This document shows positions 56,454-63,751 of a DNA stretch of 64,000 nucleotides, piece by piece (position 1 is the first letter of the stretch; the number at the start of each line of letters is the position of its first letter). The notes under the pieces are model-generated. The model saw nothing but the letters and a program-made list of their open reading frames with translations. It had not been told where the DNA came from and searched no databases. The position numbers and the translations under genes are program-made. Source of the DNA: a virus; the IMG/VR virus record IMGVR_UViG_3300021962_000055, positions 28,848 through 92,847 of that record. The stretch is one strand, 5' to 3'.

Positions 56454-56527
56454 TACCGGGTGTGGGAGTTGAACCCACCTACGAGTGTGTATAAGACACC
56501 TTGCGTCAACCGGACGCATCACCCGGT
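56454..56527 (-). tRNA. tRNA-Ile(UAU)
   Basis: Cloverleaf ACCGGGT/ACCCGGT, TGCG/CGCA, GGTGT-CT TAT AC-ACACT, GTGGG-TTCAACT-CCCAC; no encoded CCA; G at position 8. Confidence 0.85.
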
Positions 56528-56564
56528 GTATTGGATGGTATCTTAAAGTGTTTAAGGAGTGTGC

Positions 56565-57659
56565 ATGAACGGTGTAGATGTTGTTGGATTCTTTACTGGA
56601 GAATTTGGTCTTGGTGAGGCGGGGCGGCTTCTTACTGAGACTCTTAAAAAGAGTAATGTCCCAGTGTCAACTATCAACATAGAAGTTCCAAACCACCGTA
56701 ACAGGCATCCCTTTGTACCAGATAACGCCTGGCATCACAAAATTATGATTGCTAGTGTCAACTCTACTGAGATGCCTTTGATCTTGCAACAACATGGTGC
56801 AGAAGTGTTTCGTGAACGACATGTCATCGGACAATGGTTCTGGGAATTAGAAGATGTACCAAAGCAGTACCGTGTTGGTTACCAATTTGTTGACGAGCTT
56901 TGGGCCCCAACAAAGTTTATCCAAGAGGCTGTAGGGAAGTACGCTCCAGCCGACATGGAAGTACACCATATGCCGTTGCCGTTGATAACTCCAGCAATAA
57001 AAAAAGATGTTACTAAAGAAAACTTTGCGCTTGATCCAGACAGGTTTACATTTTTATTTACTTTTGATTTTTGTAGTATCGAAGCCAGAAAAAACCCGGC
57101 TGCGGTTATAGAAGCTTTTAAAATTGCGTTTCATGAAAACGAGGGACCGGTACTGGTCATCAAATCCCTCAATGACCATGTGTTTCCACACTCCCTTAAG
57201 AACTTGATGGTTAAGGCTGATGGTCGGAGCGATATTAAATTCTTCAATCAGCATCTTGACCATGACTTGGTGTCTGCGTTAAGAAACGTGTGCGACTGTT
57301 ATGTCTCCTTACACCGATCAGAGGGTCTTGGCCTAACGATATCGGAAGCAATGTGCCTGGGTAAGCCCGTTATTGCAACTGCCTATTCAGGAAACATGGA
57401 CTTCATGACTGAGGACAACTCGATCCCAGTTCCGTGGGAATACACGTACATCAACACAAACCAGGGTCCATACGAAGCCGGTATGCGGTGGGCGGAACCC
57501 AACACCTCCTTTGCCGCCAACGCCATGCGCAAGGTTTATCAAGATCCTGTGTGGGCAGCCAACCTAGGCAAAAAAGCACAGAGGGATATCGCTAACAGGT
57601 TCTCGTTTGAGGCTACTGGGGCCAATATGGTGGAGCGACTCAGTAAGGTTCAGGTGTAG
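56565..57659 (+). CDS. GT4-family glycosyltransferase
   Basis: RKNP..V..AF, CDCYVSLHRSEGLGL..SEAM..GKPVIAT.YSGN.DF. Confidence 0.92.
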   Translation: MNGVDVVGFFTGEFGLGEAGRLLTETLKKSNVPVSTINIEVPNHRNRHPFVPDNAWHHKIMIASVNSTEMPLILQQHGAEVFRERHVIGQWFWELEDVPKQYRVGYQFVDELWAPTKFIQEAVGKYAPADMEVHHMPLPLITPAIKKDVTKENFALDPDRFTFLFTFDFCSIEARKNPAAVIEAFKIAFHENEGPVLVIKSLNDHVFPHSLKNLMVKADGRSDIKFFNQHLDHDLVSALRNVCDCYVSLHRSEGLGLTISEAMCLGKPVIATAYSGNMDFMTEDNSIPVPWEYTYINTNQGPYEAGMRWAEPNTSFAANAMRKVYQDPVWAANLGKKAQRDIANRFSFEATGANMVERLSKVQV

Positions 57660-58284
57660 TACCTATAGGTACGGGCCATACATCGTATGGTTTGTAAAGC
57701 GGGTGGTCTCGGACAGTGCCAATCCACGCTTCAGCGCAGTGCCGGTGCTCCCGAGAGCACTTTTCTAACAGATTTATGTGCTGACCGGACGCCCACCAGA
57801 AGTTTCCGCCCCAAAATGGGTTCGGATTGTCCGGATTTATGCGGTAATAGTGGCATCCGACCGTGGATGCGCAGTCTTCGAGGGCTTGGACACACTTTTC
57901 CCACTCAACAACAAGCTTTTTGGTCATTCCACGACGCCAATTCTCGTTTACAGGGGCATAATTGGCTGCTCCCTTGGTGTGGCAGTACAAAAAGTGGGCT
58001 TCAGGGTCGGTTTTAGCGAGTTCCCACAGCGGATCGAGCGTAATTTGCTCCCATCCGGTCGGTCCACTGGCTATAAGGTTGCAATTTAAGCCTTGTATGT
58101 CAAAAAAATCGAGTACTTCGGTGATATTTCGGTTCGATCCAACGCAACCTACGTTAAATGAGGTCAAATTGTCGTACAAACCGTACTGCCGTAGGGCTCG
58201 TACGTGGTCTGACACCTTGTCTTTCCACGCCCCATCAGCGTAAACGTGGTAAAAGTGGTGAATTGGTCGCGTTACTTGCGCCAT
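57640..58284 (-). CDS. putative glycosyltransferase-like viral protein
   Basis: LY.HTKG...WR..M...GNFWW...E.WIG motif. Confidence 0.5.
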   Translation of the reverse strand: MAQVTRPIHHFYHVYADGAWKDKVSDHVRALRQYGLYDNLTSFNVGCVGSNRNITEVLDFFDIQGLNCNLIASGPTGWEQITLDPLWELAKTDPEAHFLYCHTKGAANYAPVNENWRRGMTKKLVVEWEKCVQALEDCASTVGCHYYRINPDNPNPFWGGNFWWASGQHINLLEKCSREHRHCAEAWIGTVRDHPLYKPYDVWPVPIGTTPEPY

Positions 58285-58484
58285 ACAGACGGCGAGTGGG
58301 CCTCTTCAACCGCCCGAGCGTGATCTTCGTCGGTGTACAACCGAACAATGTGGATACAAGGATCGTTTTCGTAGAAATCCTCGTACTCAGCCTCGCTCAT
58401 TGGAAGGCCATCATGGGTCTCACACACTGCTGGACCGCACCAATTGTTGTCCATTCCGTATTTAAGCCACTCATTGAAGTCCAT
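58272..58484 (-). CDS. hypothetical protein (MDFNEWLKYG...C.THDG.P...DPC)
   Basis: ATG after AGGA; coupled downstream. Confidence 0.65.
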   Translation of the reverse strand: MDFNEWLKYGMDNNWCGPAVCETHDGLPMSEAEYEDFYENDPCIHIVRLYTDEDHARAVEEAHSPSVWRK

Positions 58485-58491
58485 TTTGTTC

Positions 58492-58803
58492 CTATTCGTC
58501 AAATAGTGATGGTTGGTAAAAGGTTTCCCCGGGCTCATTCTTTCCGTGCCCAGCCGCGAAGTTAGCACTACGAGGGGTAGTTGTCACCTGTTCTCTTTGT
58601 TGAGGGTTGGCCTTAGCGGCCTCTCGATCAAATTCACGACCTTTACCCAACCTGTAGGCAGCGCATCGAGAGCAGAACAGACCAAGAACACGGTCACCCT
58701 TGGCGTTACGTGCCCGCATACCAAGGTTTTCGGTAGCTGGGACGCTCTGCCCTGATTCAGCGCAGTCATGGCAGGGCCGGGAGGGGCCCATGTATTTGGC
58801 CAC
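58492..58803 (-). CDS. hypothetical protein with two CxxC motifs
   Basis: CHDC...CSRC. Confidence 0.55.
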   Translation of the reverse strand: MAKYMGPSRPCHDCAESGQSVPATENLGMRARNAKGDRVLGLFCSRCAAYRLGKGREFDREAAKANPQQREQVTTTPRSANFAAGHGKNEPGETFYQPSLFDE

Positions 58804-58805
58804 TG

Positions 58806-59180
58806 TCAGTCACCAAGCTTCTTGCGAAGCCCGTAGGCAGAGGCAGCACCGATAGCTGCACCGGCAACTGCACCTGGGACGCCTGAAGCGATACGTGATG
58901 GGTCGAGGAACTCACCTACGGTTCCGTGCATCATGGGGTTAATGGTGACCATGCCACCTAGTGCCCCACCAATTGCCGCTCCGGTGGCCATACCACGAGC
59001 CATACTGTCGGTGCTCATGGCCCGACGCATACTCTCAACGGTCCTACGACCGGCGTGGATCTTGCGACCACGATGATCAGTTGCGTGGTGCGCGGTGGTG
59101 TAAGGAGCATCGAGTACTTCGTCGTGGTAGTCGCCGTACCGCTGGCCACCTGGAAACAATACGTCGTCTGGTTTGAACAT
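58806..59180 (-). CDS. hypothetical glycine-zipper membrane protein
   Basis: GAAIGGALGG and GAVAGAAIGA. Confidence 0.6.
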   Translation of the reverse strand: MFKPDDVLFPGGQRYGDYHDEVLDAPYTTAHHATDHRGRKIHAGRRTVESMRRAMSTDSMARGMATGAAIGGALGGMVTINPMMHGTVGEFLDPSRIASGVPGAVAGAAIGAASAYGLRKKLGD

Positions 59181-59342
59181 GGCTGCCCCTAAGTCTCTAG
59201 TAGCTCTTACGCTGTATAAGCATATTATAGATCATCGCGTAACCGCCCAGGTAACCCGGAAAATTTCCAATTTCACGGCTACCAAGGCCGCGCAACCGGC
59301 CAGATAGCAATAAATACTGAAAAGCGTATTACGCCGGTACCA

Positions 59343-60014
59343 TTACACGGTACCGGTGAACACCCACCTAGTACCGGTACGTAATCCCTTAGAAGTGATG
59401 TTCTTGAACCCAATATCCTGCATCATGCCCTGAACAGCTGCCGGGTTGAATCCCCAGAAGTTTGTATCGTCACTGTTCAACTCATCCTTAATATAGTACC
59501 GAGCTGCTGGGTATGGTATGTCTAACATGTCCACATGGGTCTCGATGACTACTAAACCGTTGGACATGGCCTTGGCCTTCTCTAGGTACCCAATCGGATC
59601 TTTAGCGTGGTAGATAACCCCAAGCATGAGTACGATGTCAAACTTCCCATGCTTCTTAGGACTCAACTCCTCAACAGACGCTACTAACTTCTCTACGTTG
59701 GAGTTCCTGTGCTTCTTGGCAAAGTCGAATCCAGAGTCACCGACTTGAGACCCGTTGTGGATAACTCTTCCCTTCCATACGAACTTGTCGGAAGCGACCA
59801 CTCGGGCCGCATTACGTTGTTCACAAGCAAATGAGTAATACCCATCCCAGGCCCCAATGTCCAGTACAGACAGTCCAGATAGATCTTCAGGTAGTCCTAG
59901 GTTCTCAAAGGTGTTAGGGGCCTCTACGCTCAGCCCATTGGTGGTGTGCTCCCCAATCTGAATGGGGTGCCACCATACGATGGAGTTCATCTCGTCTAGT
60001 GTACTTTGATCCAT
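59343..60014 (-). CDS. class I SAM-dependent methyltransferase (CmoB/DUF1698-like)
   Basis: VLDIGAWDGYYSF, FDIVLMLGVIYH..DP; AGGAGG RBS. Confidence 0.85.
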   Translation of the reverse strand: MDQSTLDEMNSIVWWHPIQIGEHTTNGLSVEAPNTFENLGLPEDLSGLSVLDIGAWDGYYSFACEQRNAARVVASDKFVWKGRVIHNGSQVGDSGFDFAKKHRNSNVEKLVASVEELSPKKHGKFDIVLMLGVIYHAKDPIGYLEKAKAMSNGLVVIETHVDMLDIPYPAARYYIKDELNSDDTNFWGFNPAAVQGMMQDIGFKNITSKGLRTGTRWVFTGTV

Positions 60015-60045
60015 AGATCCTCCTTGTGAATAGGTCTACATTACC

Positions 60046-60399
60046 TTATCCACAGGTGCCCAGTTATCCACAGGTAACCCCCCCCATTTCGAATAGGGCT
60101 ATTACGCAGTGGTGTGTTTATCGGCGGGTGGGTACTGCCCCCGCTCCGGCGACCTGCTAGCGACTAGTGATGGGGGTCACCCCCCACCCCCCACTTAGTT
60201 GTGGGGTGGTGGCATCGGGGTGCGCTAGTCACTAGCGTACCTGATCCTCCCCTGCTAGGCAAGGCGCCTACCGGCCTGGCAGAAGCATCATGGGGACATC
60301 TGTGGTTATCCACAGGGTCAGCCCCCTACCAGTGGTTATCCACAGGGTTATCCACAGGCCTAGCAATGGGTCTATGAGTTATCCACAGGTTTATCCACA
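60046..60399 (+). promoter_or_regulatory. cluster of seven perfect DnaA boxes (TTATCCACA)
   Basis: At 60046, 60064, 60306, 60336, 60348, 60379 and 60391; an inverted copy lies at 61185-61193. Confidence 0.85.
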
Positions 60400-60490
60400 G
60401 AGGTGGGGGCTGGCTAGTCACTAGCATTACGGTGCGCGGAGTTGCTATCTCTCTGTCCAGTGTCCATTCACTACCAGAGAGGGGAACATC

Positions 60491-61132
60491 ATGGCTACCA
60501 TGACCCGCAGCAACATCCAACCGATGACCGACATCGTCGAGGCCTTCAAGGCTGACTACGACAAGGTCGTCGCTGACAACGGCAACGGTGCCGTCGAACT
60601 GTACGCCCGAGGCGTGCTGATTGGCGATGCCGGTGACCTGGTGCGCGACCTCGCGTTCGACCTGGCGAAGCGCTTCGGCGCCACCTGGGGCGAGAGCGAC
60701 GTCGCTCGTGCGTTCGGTCTCAAGACCGCCGCAGCCAAGGTCATGACCGAGACCGTGCGCTACCTGGCCACGCTCACCGATGACGGCACTCCGGCCGTCG
60801 ACGTGCGCAAGGCCGTGTACGCGGTCCACAACCAGACCGGTACCGGTGTGGTCGCGCTGTCCAACTTCCTCAAGGTCAAGGCCTCGAAGTTGAAGGACGG
60901 CAAGACCCTCCCGTACAAGGCGGTGGTCAGCGCATCGGACCACCTCGTCAAGGAGGCCAAGAAGGCGGGCGAAGAGCCCAAGCCCGAGGCCACCCCTGCC
61001 GAGCAGGTCGATGCCATCATCAAGCGCATCGAGCGCGCTCTCAACGACCTCGCCCCCTTCACGGAGGCCGGTTACGAGTTCGCACTCGAGCAGTCGGTCA
61101 AGCTCGCCGCCATCAAGGCGCGCTTGGCCTGA
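60491..61132 (+). CDS. hypothetical early protein
   Basis: GAGGGG RBS; very strong G/C third-position bias; possible HTH (ESDVARAFGL). Confidence 0.85.
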   Translation: MATMTRSNIQPMTDIVEAFKADYDKVVADNGNGAVELYARGVLIGDAGDLVRDLAFDLAKRFGATWGESDVARAFGLKTAAAKVMTETVRYLATLTDDGTPAVDVRKAVYAVHNQTGTGVVALSNFLKVKASKLKDGKTLPYKAVVSASDHLVKEAKKAGEEPKPEATPAEQVDAIIKRIERALNDLAPFTEAGYEFALEQSVKLAAIKARLA

Positions 61133-62038
61133 GAGATGGTGACTCCGCGCATCTAGTGTGACGTGACCGGCCAGCCTCCTCCCCTGTGGATAAGCCGCGC
61201 TAGTGGCTAGCGAGTAGGCCTGATAAGGGCCTGTTTGTAATCCATGGGAATCACATGGGAGGGGTGCTGACCTCTGTGTAACAACGCGCGAACCCCCCAT
61301 CCTGCCAGGCAATACGTAAGCCGAACGGCCCAACCGCAATGTACTCCGGTACGTTGGTCAAGGAGGTATGGCCAAACCAACTTATGTTGGGGGCGCAGGA
61401 TGTGGACGGCCTTCAAGCCTGGGTTGTAAGCCGCGCCCTGTAACCGCAGAGCAAGGGAGTTGGCCTCAGTGCCGGGATATCCCTGTCCCCTACATCAACG
61501 TGTAAGAGTTAGGCCCGCCCAAGTGGTGGGGCGACCACCCCTAAGCAAGGTGGATACTACATCGCCCCCATGAGAGCCACGGGCAGAAGCGACCCCCACA
61601 AGGGGCGCGCGCACGACCCAGCGAGTACACCATACTCGCATGCCGTCCGGTTGTATCCGGGTAAGTCTGGTACCAGGCGGGAGACACTCTGACCACGTTC
61701 ATAAGGGGCCGAGGATGCCGAGGGATTACCCCTCGGTGTCCTCTGCCCCTTCCGACCATTGGGAGCAAGGCCGGTGGGTTGGTGCTAGTCACTAGCCCAC
61801 CGGCCAAGATCTTAGTCAATATTGTAATTGACTAGGACAAGCGGCCATCGCCACACCGGGCAGGCCGCTTGTTTAACCGGGGGCGAGGGTACGCTACTAC
61901 TAGCAACCCTTGCCCCCACCTCTTGGGGAGTCGACCGACCCCCATAAGGCAGCAGGCATACCCCCTATCATGCCAGCGCCATCGGTCCCCTTCTCCCCGA
62001 TGGTTGGAGTGGCTCATGAACCCTTGAAAGGGGAACCC
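61133..62038 (+). ncRNA. candidate large structured non-coding RNA
   Basis: No credible ORF; many hairpins with G-U pairs on the + strand; boundaries uncertain. Confidence 0.5.
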
Positions 62039-62293
62039 ATGAGCAAGTTCCACGTGGAGCACTACGATGTCCTCGGTCTGTTGGGCATCGACCACCTCAT
62101 CTTGAGGTGGGAGTACACAAAGGAAAGGGTCTGCCCGGTCACCGGTGCGCCGGTGGCGTTCGAGCAGGTCCTCGCGGGGCAGTACCACCTGCCCCGCATC
62201 GGTGGCGACTCGGCCAACGGGTACGAAGTGTACCCGACCGAGTCGTACCTCCGCCACCTGGCCGACAAGGTGTCGGCCTTCCTCGCTGACTGA
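62039..62293 (+). CDS. hypothetical early protein (MSKFHVEHY...)
   Basis: AAAGGGG RBS; GC3-rich codons begin at this ATG. Confidence 0.8.
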   Translation: MSKFHVEHYDVLGLLGIDHLILRWEYTKERVCPVTGAPVAFEQVLAGQYHLPRIGGDSANGYEVYPTESYLRHLADKVSAFLAD

Positions 62294-62439
62294 GTCAGCA
62301 CGGTTAGGAGAACCAACCGAGCCACTCCAACCATCAACCGTTCTCGGACAGGCGCGCGTCGCGACTGTGCTGCCGTCCAAACCAATCTGCTCCTAGTGGC
62401 TAGCGGGCCCGTCTTCCTACGACCCTTGAAAGGGGAAAT

Positions 62440-62883
62440 ATGAAGACACACAAGAAGAAGCCCAAGACAGACAACACCATCCGCCGTGAGGCGGAGGTCG
62501 CCCTCTCCAAGTTGGATGGGGCAACCCGCGAGCTGACGGGATCCTCCCAGGAGGAAGCCGACGAGCTGATGGCTCTCCTGCGGGAGTGCCAGAAGCACAT
62601 CAGCGAGATGGAGTTCGTGGCCCGTAAGGGCTACGCCATCATGAAGCGGGCAGAGAAGGCGCTCAAGTTGCCGTCTCTGGAGTTGCCCAGCAAGGCAATG
62701 CCCTTGGCCGACTTCCAGAAGGAAGTCAAGCGCCAGGAGAAGGCATTCAAGCAGAAGGCCACGGAGTCGATGAAGAAGATCGTCGACGCCGACTACGCCC
62801 TTCTCAAGGGCCTCGATGCCGTGGCGGACGCCATCAGCAGCCGTATCACCGAGGCCGCATACCGAGGGTTCGCCCTCAACTGA
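62440..62883 (+). CDS. hypothetical coiled-coil early protein
   Basis: AAAGGGG RBS; GC3-rich. Confidence 0.8.
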   Translation: MKTHKKKPKTDNTIRREAEVALSKLDGATRELTGSSQEEADELMALLRECQKHISEMEFVARKGYAIMKRAEKALKLPSLELPSKAMPLADFQKEVKRQEKAFKQKATESMKKIVDADYALLKGLDAVADAISSRITEAAYRGFALN

Positions 62884-62920
62884 CCCAGACGGGTCCGCTA
62901 GTCACTAGTAGCACACTCCT

Positions 62921-63023
62921 GGTGGGAGCCCTCTTATCCCCCATAAGAGGAGAAGGCGCGGCGCTTACAACCCCCATAAGAGGGGAGGGTGCCGGTGTGG
63001 TTCGACTCCACCTCCCACCACCA
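62921..63023 (+). ncRNA. tRNA-like RNA with non-canonical D and anticodon arms
   Basis: GGTGGGA/TCCCACC acceptor stem plus A-CCA; GTGG-TTCGACT-CCAC T arm. Confidence 0.7.
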
Positions 63024-63035
63024 TGCTAGCCACTA

Positions 63036-63108
63036 GCCCACGTAGCTCAGGGGATAGAGCAACGGTTTCCTAAACCGTGTGTCGCAGGTTCGAATCCTGC
63101 CGTGGGCA
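63036..63108 (+). tRNA. tRNA-Arg(CCU)
   Basis: GCCCACG/CGTGGGC, GCTC/GAGC, ACGGT-TT CCT AA-ACCGT, GCAGG-TTCGAAT-CCTGC; no encoded CCA. Confidence 0.95.
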
Positions 63109-63254
63109 CTCTGGTCAAAAGGCACGAGATGGGGCATCACTCCCCATCGGGACTAACGGGGGCTTGCCACCCGTGAACCAGACGAGTTTATCCGTTCTCG
63201 ACAAAAACGGACAATTCTCCCAGTCCCAGCTAGTCACTAGAGGAGGTGACAACA

Positions 63255-63488
63255 ATGGCAAAAATTACCATCACAACGTCCACCGAGACGCTTCAGTTGC
63301 TGGAGGACATCCTCCAGTCATACGAAAATGCGTTGGACGACCACCTGTACCGCATCTTTCCCGAGTCTTCTACTCGGCAGGCTCAGGGCGACATCGCCAC
63401 CATGCGTGCCGAGATGAACCGAATGATCGGTCAGGCGGAACGCCAGATCGAGAAGACCCGCCCCGACTTGTCGGGAGTCCACGACTAG
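63255..63488 (+). CDS. small hypothetical early protein (MAKITITTS...)
   Basis: AGGAGGTGA RBS fused to CTAG motif. Confidence 0.75.
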   Translation: MAKITITTSTETLQLLEDILQSYENALDDHLYRIFPESSTRQAQGDIATMRAEMNRMIGQAERQIEKTRPDLSGVHD

Positions 63489-63503
63489 TCACTAGGAGGT
63501 GAC

Positions 63504-63743
63504 ATGAACAGCATCCAATTCTCTCTCCCCAATGGGTTCACATTCTCTGTGGCCCAGTGGGGAAAGGTTAAGGAATGCGCCGTTCTCCGGAGCGATGATT
63601 TCGTTCCTCTGGGCGTGTGGTACGCACCAAGCCTTGAAGACGACAGCGTTCTCATTCTCAGTGGGAGCGCAGAAAGCTTGGCAGCGGCCATGGAAAGAGC
63701 AATCGATTGGGCGAAAGACAACGCGCCCAACGCTAGTCACTAG
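63504..63743 (+). CDS. small hypothetical early protein
   Basis: AGGAGGTGAC-ATG. Confidence 0.75.
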   Translation: MNSIQFSLPNGFTFSVAQWGKVKECAVLRSDDFVPLGVWYAPSLEDDSVLILSGSAESLAAAMERAIDWAKDNAPNASH

Positions 63744-63751
63744 GAGGTGAC

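Larger units (their letters stand above)
60157..63743. repeat. dispersed 11-bp motif CTAG-N3-CTAG (consensus CTAGTCACTAG), 11 copies
   Basis: Starts 60157, 60225, 60414, 61200, 61785, 62393, 62898, 63026, 63230, 63485, 63733. Confidence 0.9.

Noticed and set aside
61215-61231. Hammerhead ribozyme core (CTGATAAG)
   Set aside because: No correctly placed GAAA or three-stem junction; a simple hairpin
60326-61339. 337-aa minus-strand ORF
   Set aside because: Antisense shadow of the GC3-rich 60491..61132 gene; its PVDN/LWIT tail is just translated DnaA boxes
61806-61820. Group I intron S element (AAGATCTTAGTC)
   Set aside because: No matching upstream R element or interrupted gene; TAGTCAAT pairs locally with ATTGACTA
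62921-63023. tmRNA
   Set aside because: Only 103 nt, no G3-U70 pair, no tag reading frame
63183-63211. preQ1-I riboswitch
   Set aside because: Similar small pseudoknot with A-rich tail, but it lacks the ligand-pairing C in the loop and no queuosine genes follow
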